DNA of 63,362 nt, counting the filler, from Reclinomonas americana ATCC 50394 (lineage: Eukaryota), in NCBI GenBank assembly GCA_048213135.1. It is 6 parts of 3 records of this genome, joined end to end, with 100 filler letters (N's around TTAATTAATTAA, not from the genome) between each part and the next. Parts side by side here need not be neighbours in the genome. Positions count along the whole stretch, not along the records: positions 18,282 to 27,209 come from PS015717.1; positions 27,310 to 38,061 come from PS015720.1; 4 more parts are not named here. One strand, 5' to 3'. A program made the translations under genes and the position numbers. Positions 24,307-36,374 of this stretch are shown here, piece after piece. Each line of letters begins with the position of its first letter. Position 1 is the stretch's first letter. The notes under the pieces were generated by a model. It was not told the origin of the DNA and ran no database searches. It saw only the letters and a program-made list of their open reading frames with translations.

Positions 24307-26207
24307 CTATTTGAATCCCATTAGTGAGGGGTCAAGCTGTGCGCAGCGGCGGTAGGAAACGCCAGTGAGCACGTTGAAACCAGCAAACGGGCGAACGGCG
24401 TGCATCATACACACCTGCTTGCCCTTCTTGCCCTTCTTCTTGTTGCCGCCCTTCTTGTCGGTGGCGGCCGCGCTAAACCCGCTCAGATCGGAGCCTGCCG
24501 ACGAGCGTCCCGACTCGAATGCTCGGTGGGTAACAAACTGCAATGAATCGTGCGTGAGAAGACGATGCCGATCAACCAACATTAAAAGCAAGAGACAATA
24601 CCTCCTGTGCAAAGCTCTGCGCTCGTTGACTGTGTCCGAGGTACTGGCCGAGGTACTCGCGCACTTCGTTGTCGGTCGGCAGCGTGAGCAGGTAGCGTAC
24701 CAGAGTCAGATCTGCACCGGTGGAACGATCAGAAAGCGTGCACGCGATGTGTGCAGAAGGGGTGATGCAACGGTGCGCACCGTCAGAGCCATTAATGGCC
24801 TTCAGTTCCGTGCGGCACCATGCCTCGAATTGCGGAGACATGGACACAGCGGACTCTGCCTCTCCTCCACGGGCAGAAGCTGCTGGTCCGGCAGCCGCAC
24901 CCTGCTTTCCACTCTTGCCCTTCTTGGTCTCCATTTGCGGCAGTGACGGGAAATCGTCGGGCTCACTGCAGGCGAGAGTGCGTGTCAGCTGCAGTCACTC
25001 AAAAACAAATTCACACGCACTCCACTCATACCTGCGATTCGACGACTGCTTTGTCACCACCTCGGGGCTGGACGGCTCATCCTCCACGTCCCAGAACAGT
25101 TCCGAGTCCTCACTGTCATTCACATAAGCACAGCGCCACAAATGAGCGCACCAGCAACGGACGCAACGCTGGTGGCGGTGCGCCTCTGCCCTGAGCAGCA
25201 GGAGCACCGGCAGGGGCGTTCCAGCGGGCTTGTCGGCCAGTGGCGGCTTGCACCTTGACCTTGGGCGCCGACTGCGCCTGGTGTGGGGTGGGGAAGTTTT
25301 CCGATTCAGGTGCTGGCCGAGCGATGGCAGCCGGTGCACCATTGCCGCGACCGCGACCCATTGACGGCGCGGAAATCGACGCAGGTGCGGGGGAAGAGCT
25401 GCTGCTCCACACCGTGGAAACACCACCGCGAGCCGGCTGCACAATGTTGCGCTTCGCCTGCCTCTGCGCCTCCATGGCTCGTTCTTGCTCTTCGCGAATG
25501 GACGCGAGAGAAACGGCGGCCACCGGAGCAGTGGGCGCCTGCATGTGAGTGCCAGATCAGTACATTATCGGGACAGCAATGCACGGAGTGGCGCCACACG
25601 AACCGCGTTCCACGGGCCCTGACGCCGCGTCTGCATCAGTCGCTCCTGCTCCTCCGCCTGCAGGCGCAGCGCGCGTTGTCTCTCTGTCTCGAATTGCTCC
25701 ACTTCGGCGTTCTGCAGCTTCATGATCTCACGGAAAGACAACTCAGCTGGTACACACACACAAGTACACAGTGAGTCATCGGTGGTGGGAGGCGACGGAA
25801 CGAGACAAGCAAATGCATGCTCTGCGCACATTGCTTGGCACTGGCCGCTGGCGCAGCTGCGGGAGCCTTGGCGGCCGAGGCTGGCCGACGAGACTTGTCC
25901 TGCCGCTGAGGCACTGGTGCGGGCTCAGGCTCCTCCTCCTCCTCTGGCTCCTCCTCCGGTTCCTCCTCCTGTGGCAGCAGACGTGACTGCGTAGCCATAC
26001 CGACATGTCAGTACGAAACACCATCCAACAACAGGTTGCTTTCCTCGTCTCACCTTGGCAGCCGGCGGCAGCAAGTCGGCCAGCGAGTACACTGCCGGCG
26101 GTGCACGGCGCTCTGCCAGGGGAACGAGATCAATGCCAGTGGCCGACGGTGGCAACTTGACAGGTACCGGTGCCGGCTCCTCGACGGGAGCAGCGGCCTT
26201 CTGCTGA
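24307..26207 (-). CDS. C-terminal part of a GIGYF/Smy2-like GYF protein
   Basis: Motifs LSFREIMKLQ, SLASIREEQER, FEAWCRTEL, DLTLVRYLLTL...EVREYLGQYLG...AQSFAQEF and KKGKKGK...LDPSLMGF* resemble the GIGYF C-terminus. Confidence 0.75.
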
Positions 26208-26308
26208 AAGTAGAAGAGAATGAGCACACACGCAAACAGATCGCATCACGTGGATGCTGTGACAGCNNNNNNNNNNNNNNNNNNNNTTTTTTTGACGCTG
26301 GTGCACAG

Positions 26309-27209
26309 AATGGGGCCGAAGCATGTTGCCGGGTCGTCGACACAATGCACCGGGAGACGGATCGTCGCGTGGAGACGAGGCGCATCAGCAGCACGATGCA
26401 CCGCCGGCTTCGCAGACCGAATCGTTGAGTACTCGTCTCGGCGATGAAATGCAGAGTGTGGTTGTCCTGAAAGATGTGGGCGTGCAGGTTGTCGGCCTCG
26501 AAACCGGCGGGTGAGAGTGGAAAGCGAGTGGTGCTGGAGAGTGTCGCCGATGTGCAGGAGCCGGTGTGGCACTATCGTGGAACGCATGGGCAGGATGAGG
26601 GACCGTGCACGCTGGTGAACCTGCGCAGCTGGTACCAGGATGGTTTCCTGGCGCACGACACTCCGGTGTACAAGGCCGGCGGGGAGAAGATCCCCCTCGA
26701 TATGCTTATGCGCGCTGTGGATGAGGCTGTGGGTGGTGGTGGCGCACAACAGCACCAGCCGCAGCATGTGCTTCCGTCGCAGCCGAGTCTCCAGCAGCAG
26801 CAGCAGCAGCATCTTCGACAAGATGCCCCGCATGTTGGAGGTCTCGCATTGTCTGCGCTACGAAGAAGCACCTCACAATTGATCTCATTTCATCTGGTGC
26901 AGGTGGTGGTGTTGTCAAGGCAGAAAACCTGGAGCACATGCTTGGCTCCATGCACATGGACACTTCCTCACAGCAGCAGCAGCAGCAGCAGCCGATGATG
27001 GGTGGTGGCTTTGCGTTCATGGGAGGCATGCAACAGTTGTCTCCGATGGGTGGCATGCCGCCGCCGCCGATGCCGCAGCTTGGCGGCTTCCCGCATCCGG
27101 GACTCGCCGGTCCGGGAGGCATGCCCATGCCGCCACCTCCGTTTGGTCTCGGCCGGGATCTGGGAATGGTTGGCATGTCCGACGACTTTTTGCAACAGCA
27201 ACAGCAGCA
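26309..27209 (+). CDS. GYF-domain exons, probably the middle of the GIGYF-like gene on a flipped contig
   Basis: GYF pattern WHYRGTHGQDEGPCTLVNLRSWYQDGFL, followed by a Q/P/G/M-rich region. Confidence 0.75.
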
Positions 27210-27309
27210 NNNNNNNNNNNNNNNNNNNNNNNNNNNNNNNNNNNNNNNNNNNNTTAATTAATTAANNNNNNNNNNNNNNNNNNNNNNNNNNNNNNNNNNN
27301 NNNNNNNNN
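27210..27309. other. Artificial scaffold linker
   Basis: TTAATTAATTAA at 27254-27265 within Ns. Confidence 0.97.
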
Positions 27310-27433
<124 letters not shown>

Positions 27434-27655
27434 TTCTCTTCTTCTTCTTCTTCTTCTTCATCTCCTTCTCCTTCATCTCCTTCTTCTTGTTCTTCTTCGT
27501 TCTTGTCCTTCTCTCTTTGCCCTTTTTCTTCTTCTTCTTCTCTCTTCTTGTTGTTCTCTCCCTTGCCCTTCTTTTCCACCTCATTCTCCTCCTCTCCCTC
27601 CTCCTTCTCCCTCTCTCCTCATCGTCCTCACCCTCCCCCTTCCCCTCCACCACAG

Positions 27656-28580
27656 CAAGCACCGCTTCTACGTGGCCGACGCACGCCGCCTCGACGAGGC
27701 CAACCACGTCATCGGCAGCGTGATGCGCGAGTGCGGCCGCCTGGACGTGCTGGTCAACAACGCCGGCATGTACCCGCTGAACAAGCCGCTGGAGTGCACC
27801 GACGACGTGTGGGATCGTGTGATGGCTGTCAATGTCAAGGGGCTGAGTTACTGGTCCAAGGTGGCCGCCGAGGCCATGATCGAGCAGGCGAGGGCGACGC
27901 CAAGATCACAATGCACTTCTCATGCACTCACTTCCTCCCCTCCCTCCCTCCCTCCCAGAACCAAGGCGGCAGCATCATCAACATTGGGTCGGTGGTCTCG
28001 GAGCGCGCCAGTTGCAATCGCATGGCTGTTGCTGATGTCGCTTGCTGGTTGCTCACACCACAGTGAAACATACAGACAACCACATGACTGCGTACAGCGC
28101 CTCGAAAGCGGGTTGCGTTTCCACTGTCTTCCACTCCCTTCCCCCCTCGTTTCTCCATGCACTCACCGAGAACGCACAGCGGTGCTGTCGCTCACCGAGG
28201 TGACCGCGTGGCTTCTCGCGCCTTGCTCCTTTCCTCGTTTTCTCATCGCGCGGTCCCCTTCGTTTTGCAGTCATTTGCCCAGGCTCTCGGCAAGCACAAC
28301 ATTCGCGTCAATTGCGTCAAGACTGGAATCACGCTGACTCCCGGCTCGCAAGGCATTGCCGAGTTTGTGAAAAAGGTAAAGCATATCTTTGTATTGCCCG
28401 CTCCACGCATCTCCTCACTTTCTGATCCTTGCACAGGCCGGTCGACAGGGCACCATTCTCGGGCGCCACGGCGAGCCCGAGGACACGGCCAAGGTCGTGG
28501 CGTTCCTCGCCTCCCCAATGTCCGCGTTTATCACTGGCGAAGGCATTCGCTGTGACGGCGGTGCTCTGGCTCGCTTCTGA
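27656..28580 (+). CDS. Short-chain dehydrogenase/reductase, C-terminal part
   Basis: Motifs [20 protein letters not shown], catalytic [24 protein letters not shown] and [12 protein letters not shown]. Confidence 0.9.
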
Positions 28581-29344
28581 TGCAAACGAATGAGACTAGA
28601 GCGACACACACATTGTAGCCTTACACGTTTCGCTTTTACACAGTGTGGTGCCGTTGCCGACGAGCACCACGAATCGATTCTAGAACAGGAAGAGAAAAAN
28701 NNNNNNNNNNNNNNNNNNNNNNNNNNNNNNNNNNNNNNNNNNNNNNNNNNNNNNNNNNNNNNNNNNNNNNNNNNNNNNNNNNNNNNNNNNNNNNNNNNNN
28801 NNNNNNNNNNNNNNNNNNNNNNNNNNNNNNNNNNNNNNNNNNNNNNNNNNNNNNNNNNNNNNNNNNNNNNNNNNNNNNNNNNNNNNNNNNNNNNNNNNNN
28901 NNNNNNNNNNNNNNNNNNNNNNNNNNNNNNNNNNNNNNNNNNNNNNNNNNNNNNNNNNNNNNNNNNNNNNNNNNNNNNNNNNNNNNNNNNNNNNNNNNNN
29001 NNNNNNNNNNNNNNNNNNNNNNNNNNNNNNNNNNNNNNNNNNNNNNNNNNNNNNNNNNNNNNNNNNNNNNNNNNNNNNNNNNNNNNNNNNNNNNNNNNNN
29101 NNNNNNNNNNNNNNNNNNNNNNNNNNNNNNNNNNNNNNNNNNNNNNNNNNNNNNNNNNNNNNNNNNNNNNNNNNNNNNNNNNNNNNNNNNNNNNNNNNNN
29201 NNNNNNNNNNNNNNNNNNNNNNNNNNNNNNNNNNNNNNNNNNNNNNNNNNNNNNNNNNNNNNNNNNNNNNNNNNNNNNNNNNNNNNNNNNNNNNNNNNNN
29301 NNNNNNNNNNNNNNNNNNNNNNNNNNNNNNNNNNNNNNNNNNNN

Positions 29345-29520
29345 AGAAGAAGAAGAAGAAGAAGGAGGAGGAGGAGGAGGAGGAGGAGGAGAAGAAGAAG
29401 AAGAAGAAGGAGAAGGGAAGAGAGGGAGGAGGAGAGGAGGAGGAGGAGGAGGAGAAATAGAAGACAGAAGAAAGGGGCAAGAGAGAGAACAACAACAAGA
29501 AGAAGAGGAGGAGGAACAGG
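29345..29520. repeat. (GAA/GGA)n trinucleotide tract, intronic
   Basis: Directly visible triplet repeats beside a gap. Confidence 0.9.
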
Positions 29521-29566
29521 TGGTTGGCAGACAAGAGAGGTCGGTGTTCTCCTGCATGCAACTCAC

Positions 29567-29904
29567 CCCTCACTCGGCAGCGAGCGCAATGCATCCGTGC
29601 CGCACGCTTGATTCATGTCGACAATGACAACTGTGCAGCCGCATGCAGCCAGCTGCTTGGCACACGCCAGACCGATGCCTGAGCGACATCATGAGTAAGA
29701 CAGAACGAGAGTGGAAGAGAGAGAGAGACAAAGAGAGACCTTGCGCGCCACCAGTGACCACAGCGACCTGTGTGCAGTGTGCATTTTTCCGACAGTGAGA
29801 AACGGACTGTGTTGTGCACTGTGGAGAGACATGCAACCTACCTTGCCGTGGAGGCCGAGAAGCTCTTCGGGAGTGGGCGTGCTGGGGCTCGTGCTGGCGC
29901 TCAT
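29567..29904 (-). CDS. Short-chain dehydrogenase/reductase, N-terminal part (same gene as 27656-28580)
   Basis: Rossmann motif LHGK|VAVVTGGAQG|IGLACAKQLAACGCTVVIVD. Ends at a phase-2 GTGAG donor. Confidence 0.88.
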
Positions 29905-29952
29905 GTCTTGACAAGGAAACTTGATGCAGGACAAAACGTGCTGAAGTTGTCT

Positions 29953-31453
29953 TCACTGCCCCTTCAAGATGCTCTCCAGCCGATCGAGTGCGGCGTCAAA
30001 CGACAGAATGCCCTGATGTGAGGCTCCCTCGAACGCCCACTGCCGGACCGGCTGCGACTGCGCGGTCCACTCGTGCTTGGCGCGGTCCAGACTGCGCCCA
30101 CCCACGGTGCCGTCGCCATCCTCTTCAGTGGCCACCGACACGGGTGGTGCGGGGATCTGGTTGACCACAAAGTCGGTGGCGTACGTGAACGCCGATTCCG
30201 TCTTCACGCCGGTGCCGCGGAGGACGTTTACGGCCACGTTGGGTGGCTGGAACGGGCCGAGAGTCAGCGAGCGCAGGCCTGCCACGTCATACATGTCGGC
30301 GGCCTGCTGCAGACCGAGATCGAGGAAGAGTTGTCGAAAGTCGGCCACCGTGTACGACTTGGTCGGCGTCTTTACCAGCACCTCCGCGGGCGACCACAGC
30401 GAGGCCTGTGGAAAGAGCCACGGACCGCTGGCGCACGTGGACTGAATGGGCCGGAAGAAGTCCTGCAGTGTGTGGCAGTCAGCATCAGGGACTGAGCAAT
30501 CGAGGTACGCGCGCTGCGCAACTGCTGGCAACACCGACACGCCAAAGTTGTCACCCGAGACCATGGCCTTGACGGTGGACACGGCACCTCCGAACGGCGG
30601 TGAGATGGCCGTGAACGAGGCAATGTGGGCATCCTTCCACTCCTGCGACTGCTGATGCAAGAAGTGGAGCGCCACCGGTCCGCCCATGGAGTGCGTCACC
30701 AAGTGCGCGCGTCGTCCCCCGTTCCGTGCCACCGTTTGTTCCACGAGCTCACGAAGGGCGCTGTAGTAGGTCGTGCTGCAGAGAGAGATCGATGGTGAGA
30801 CGCTGCGGTGCAAAGAAGGTCGCGATGAGTAGGCGAACAAACCCTGCCGGTCGGCCCGGCAGCTGCATCCAACTGAGACCGTCGGCCGCCAGTCGCCAAT
30901 CGTAGGGAGCTCCGTGCAAGTTGACGCCGGCCTGGTAGCCCATGGTGCTCACCAGACGCTTCACCATCGGCTCAAAGTAGGCCGGTGCATGAATCGAGGG
31001 ATCCAAGTAGGCGAGACCGCCGACACCAGTGCCAAACTCCACCGAGCCGTCAATGTCGACGCCGGGCGTGTTGGAGTAGTGGCGAGTGGTGGCGTTGTAG
31101 TGCAGCTGGACGCGGTGGCGGAAGCAATCGGGCACCAGTGTGAGCTCCTCCAGACTCAGCCAGAGAGTGAACCAGTCGGTGGCGCCACCACCGCTGTGAT
31201 GAGTGCTGCGACTGCAGTAAAAGTGTGGCTCCATGGTGTTGTTCAGTCGAGCGTGTAATACGGAGCCACCGAGGCCGTTGATGAGTACCACTGGTGGGAG
31301 TGTGTCGTCACCGGGGACTGCAGGGAGAATGATCATGAGTGAGGAAGAAGAATAAGCAGGGGAGTGTTGTACTGGACCTGCTGCTTGTGCAGTTGTGATG
31401 CAGATGGCGAGGAGGAAGAGAAAGGCGAGGAGGGGAAGTGCAGCGCGACTCAT
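29953..31453 (-). CDS. Secreted LCAT / lysosomal phospholipase A2 (group XV)-like lipase
   Basis: Signal peptide, PVVLINGLGGS, WFTLWL, GAPYDWRL, nucleophile elbow THSMGG, DGDGTV and catalytic H in SHQGIL. Confidence 0.92.
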
Positions 31454-32022
31454 GATGCTGTCGCAGAGCTGCACAGCGTGTGCGCGCGCGAGAAAGCAAA
31501 CGGAGTTTCAGACAGGTTCTCTTTTGTTAGACGAAGCTCCGGTTTTCGAACGCCGTTGCCGTGGCCACCAAGCCAGCAACAACAACCCTGGCAGGCTGAT
31601 AGGCGATGTGCACATCCGAGGTCCGCTTCAACACTGATCGCGATCGATACACAATGATCGATCCGGCAAGATCGATATATCGCGGTACACATGTACATAT
31701 ATATATCGATCGCAATGCATGCAGCGTGCATGTACATGTATCACCATCGGAGGAGGCTGTCGCACATCACCAGCTGTCACGATTTATCTGTCAGCTTCTG
31801 CACGCAGCGGCCAGCAGATCGACATCCTTCGATATTCGAAATCGATATCTCGCGATCGCGATGCCCAGCGAGCGAAAGCGATGATGGCACCTCACGCAAG
31901 TTGCTACTCCGCCTGCCTCCTCCAACAGGAGCCCACAAGGTTGATCCCACAGCTGATGACAACTCGTGAACCGCCTCATTTTCTCAAAATACACTTCTTT
32001 TCCATCCTCTCCCGCCGCGTCA

Positions 32023-32412
32023 TCAATCTCGGTCAAAGCAAGTGACCATCTCCGTGCCCACCTCCACCCCACAGTCCGCACACTCAATGTGATACATGCC
32101 ATACATGCCCATGCTCTCCAGTCGCCAATGCCTGTCCACATGCCGACAAGTTCCGTCCGCGTTCTTCTTCATCGGCGGCTCTGCTGGTGCTGCCGGCACC
32201 ACTGGCGCTGGTGGTGCAGCGACCTGCCTCACAGGCTTGCCATGCCGCTGCACAAGCGCTTTGCACGCCTTGCACTCGGCGAAATCCAGTCGCTGCCGCA
32301 TCATCACCTGCGCGCGCATGCGATCGCGACGACATCAGCATCGACACTCAGCAACACAGCGCACACTGCTACTCACAGGCGCATCACACGAGGGGCACTT
32401 GAACTCGTCCAT
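32023..32412 (-). CDS. Small zinc-ribbon protein (~105 aa)
   Basis: MDEFKCPSCDAP|VMMRQRLDFAECKACKALV (CxxC...CxxC), a Pro/Ala linker, then CRH...HIECADCG. Confidence 0.65.
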
Positions 32413-32497
32413 GTTCCACTTTCTCTCGCACAAACAAACGAAAAACAGTCGACTGTCCATGCGCGCTCGCGATCGGATTTCTTCGCATTTGTCCGCG

Positions 32498-35400
32498 ATG
32501 AGTGAAAGTCGCGTCTTTTCGACCTCCTTCTCCTCTCTCTCCTCTCCTCTCTCGGCTCACACATTCCCTTGCAACACAGGGAGATTACTTGTACCACCAC
32601 TGCTGCTATTGCTGCTGTTGCTGCTGTCAGTGATCAGGTGTGCTGCTTGTCTTGCAAGAATCACATTGTCGTGTTTCTCACTTTCTCCTCACACCACACA
32701 CAGTCATGCGCAGTCAAGTGATGGTCTGCCTGCCTCACTCACCTTGTATAGTCACGCACGTTCTCACTCTTTCCGCAGTCTTGTCTCTGGAGGCCACGGA
32801 CGACGAGCTCTTTGTCGAGGACCTTGTCAAGGACATTGGCGCAGAGGCGACTCTGAGCATGGAGTGGGAGGTGCCGAGTGCAGCACTCTCTCTGTTGCTG
32901 CGGGAGCATGGCGGTGATCGATTCACTCTCCGCTGGTCTGCTTCTCTCTCGTGCTTTTCCGTCCCGTTGATCGTCATTTGGTGAAAGTCTCGTGGATGCC
33001 GCAGGATTGGCTCCGACGATGTGCTGGAGAGCCGTGGACGCGGTGGCGGTGATGTGCCTCTGGTACGGGTCTCTCGCGGCGATTGTCAGTCGTACAAGGC
33101 GGTGAGGAGTCAGGCGGCGCTGACGCAGTGGGCCAATGGTGGGTGCGCGATCCGCTTTCGCACTGGACCGCTGGTGTACAGCGATGCGCCGTCGTGGAAC
33201 AAGGTGCGACGGGAGATGCCTCTGTCTTGTCGGAAAGCGCTCGTTCTGATCGGTCGTGACCGCAGGTCAAGGTGTTTATGAGCAACACGGTGCGGGCTGC
33301 CATCAACGGCCTCGTCAGGGACACCAGCAACACCAAGGTGCACGTGGCACCAGTGAGCGGTTGCGTGCATGGATTGTGTGTTGGTGGTTGTGTTGCACGC
33401 GTGGGCGCCAACGCTGTTGTTTTGTGTGTGCAGCCATGATCCAGCACATGAACGAGTTGCGCATCGGCAGTGCTTCCGATATCTGCGATGCTTTGGTTGG
33501 TTGACTCGTTTTGGCGAGCGCAGTGCGGCTGGTGGCGATCGCGACTTGCAGGCGCAGCTTACTGGCTCCAAGCCCAATCATCCCGACCAGCCTCCGGTTT
33601 GTGCACTCTTCCTCTGATGATATTCTATCTCCCTCTCACTCCCTCTCTCGCCAGACTCGGAGACTCAGGAACCGCAAATACGTGCCTGTAGTGATGCGAT
33701 TGGCCTCTTCCCTCGGCGCACCGATATCCATCGATTGTCGTCCGCGAGTTGCGTGCAGTCACCCGTGCACCTACCAGCGGCCATCGTCTCACTCCCTGAA
33801 CTATCGCAGGTCACCTTTGTCGTCCAGCTGCGCAATCTTGTGAGATCCACGTTGCGTCTTTTGACGGCTTGCATCCAGTGATCCGCATTCTCACCATGTC
33901 GCGCGCGCAGTAATTTCAGCAACTCGTGGTGGTCCTTTGGTGGCGAAACGACGACGGTGCGGAAGTTGTCTCAACAACTCACCTGTGCAGCTGCTGACTT
34001 TGACACCAATGTGTATGCAGCCGCCGGTCTTCAACGGCAAGCTTGTGCAGACATTCCTCGCCAATGCTGGCACTAGTGCCAGCGACGTGACTGCACGCAG
34101 TGATGCACTGGCAGCCCTCCTCACCAGTGTGGGTTTCAGTGCGCCGTTCACCACCGACGAGGTGCGACCGAGGCCGCGTACGAATCTGCATGCCTTCTCA
34201 TCACCAACTCACACTCTGCTGTTGCAGGATTTTCAAGCCACCTGGCTCGTCCTCGGCGCCACTGTCGGCCACCTCTGTGCGTCTGTCGTCACTGTGTTGT
34301 TGCTGTATCGAGCTGCGCTAACTTCGTTGGTGTGTGCACACAGCGTTTGCGGTGTGGGCCACCAAGACAAATGCCAACGAGAACACAGACGTACGCTACG
34401 ACAGGCGCGACTGGATGTCGTCGGCGGTGATGGAGGGAGTTGCGTTGAAGCGCGTGTGACTGCTTGAAGCACCGGCTCACGCGAATCAACGCAGCGCTAC
34501 AATCGACCAATGTGGAACTTCTTGCCCAAGGCCCGTCTGCGTGACCTGGTGAAAGCCGTCGCACAGAAATCAACGAGCATGCACAGTTTGAAGCCGGGCT
34601 ACACCGGCACGGGCTGGACGACGCTGACCAAGCTCAAAAAGCGATTCATTTTCGGCCGCAAGCGAATGGTCGACGAGGACAAGATCAAGGCCATTGTCGA
34701 TGCCTTTTGGGGACCGGCACCCAGTTGCGTCACTCACTTGTTCAGCAACGGGGTGAGCACGACTGAAATCGCATTTGCACGACTATAGCGCAAGGCGAAA
34801 TCGACAGCATCACCGACAAGAGTCAGCAGGGAGTTGCGCTGCTCTGCCTGCATGCCTTTTCCTCCGCTTGCGTGCTGACAACTCTGCTCTCTTCCTCGCT
34901 CGCAGCTGCTGAAGATCCGACGTCGTGTGCGCCCCATTTTCGAACACATGCTCAGCGACGTGCTNNNNNNNNNNNNNNNNNNNNNNNNNNNNNNNNNNNN
35001 NNNNNNNNNNNNNNNNNNNNNNNNNNNNNNNNNNNNNNNNNNNNNNNNNNNNNNNNNNNNNNNNNNNNNNNNNNNNNNNNNNNNNNNNNNNNNNNNNNNN
35101 NNNNNNNNNNNNNNNNNNNNNNNNNNNNNNNNNNNNNNNNNNNNNNNNNNNNNNNNNNNNNNNNNNNNNNNNNNNNNNNNNNNNNNNNNNNNNNNNNNNN
35201 NNNNNNNNNNNNNNNNNNNNNNNNNNNNNNNNNNNNNNNNNNNNNNNNNNNNNNNNNNNNNNNNNNNNNNNNNNNNNNNNNNNNNNNNNNNNNNNNNNNN
35301 NNNNNNNNNNNNNNNNNNNNNNNNNNNNNNNNNNNNNNNNNNNNNNNNNNNNNNNNNNNNNNNNNNNNNNNNNNNNNNNNNNNNNNNNNNNNNNNNNNNN

Positions 35401-35816
35401 NNNNNNNNNNNNNNNNNNNNNNNNNNNNNNNNNNNNNNNNNNNNNNNNNNNNNNNNNNNNNNNNNNNNNNNNNNNNNNNNNNNNNNNNNNNNNNNNNNNN
35501 NNNNNNNNNNNNNNNNNNNNNNNNNNNNNNNNNNNNNNNNNNNNNNNNNNNNNNNNNNNNNNNNNNNNNNNNNNNNNNNNNNNNNNNNNNNNNNNNNNNN
35601 NNNNNNNNNNNNNNNNNNNNNNNNNNNNNNNNNNNNNNNNNNNNNNNNNNNNNNNNNNNNNNNNNNNNNNNNNNNNNNNNNNNNNNNNNNNNNNNNNNNN
35701 NNNNNNNNNNNNNNNNNNNNNNNNNNNNNNNNNNNNNNNNNNNNNNNNNNNNNNNNNNNNNNNNNNNNNNNNNNNNNNNNNNNNNNNNNNNNNNNNNNNN
35801 NNNGTTAGTAGTCTCT

Positions 35817-35875
<59 letters not shown>

Positions 35876-36014
35876 CATCTGTTTTTTTGATTCGCACAGT
35901 GGTGACCGCGATCTGAGCATCCGCATCGCCTCTGAGGGCACTGTCTCCTTTGCAGACGACGCTCTCGCTGAGAAGGCTCGAGCGCGATACGCGGAGACCA
36001 ATTCAATGCAATGA
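32498..36014 (+). CDS. Secreted multi-exon protein of unknown function (possible degenerate amidoligase fold), spanning a gap
   Basis: Spliced signal peptide MRRLLVPPLLLLLLLLLSVISHAQS. Exons contain TLSMEWE, IRFRTGP and MWNFLPK. The 3' end across the gap is uncertain. Confidence 0.55.
35819..35872. repeat. (GT)n microsatellite
   Basis: Perfect GT repeat. Confidence 0.95.
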
Positions 36015-36374
36015 ACCAACCTCAGTCTCTCATCCACTCATATCGACGTCGCTAGCGAGTCCATTGAGGCACAACACAGTCTCCCTCTCTCTGTGTGTGT
36101 ACGAGAGAGAAGGGGGGAGAGAAAGAGAGAGAGCACACGCGCGACCGTGCGTGCGTCTCCCTCCCTCTCTCTATCTGTCTGTCTCTCTGTGTGTGTGCGA
36201 GAGACAGTGTGTGGAGACGCGCTGGCCACACATTACACACACTCTCTCATTACCAGCGGTCTTCTCACTTGCGCGCACGTGAGGGGTGAGTGTGTGCGCA
36301 TATAGACACCATAATGTCGACTAGCCGTTTTCGTCACACATTGACACCCTCGTCTCTCACACACTCTCTCACAG

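Noticed and set aside
20966..27209. CNOT10 next to a GIGYF-like gene as a functional mRNA-decay cluster
   Set aside because: A single convergent pair cannot be distinguished from chance without comparative synteny.
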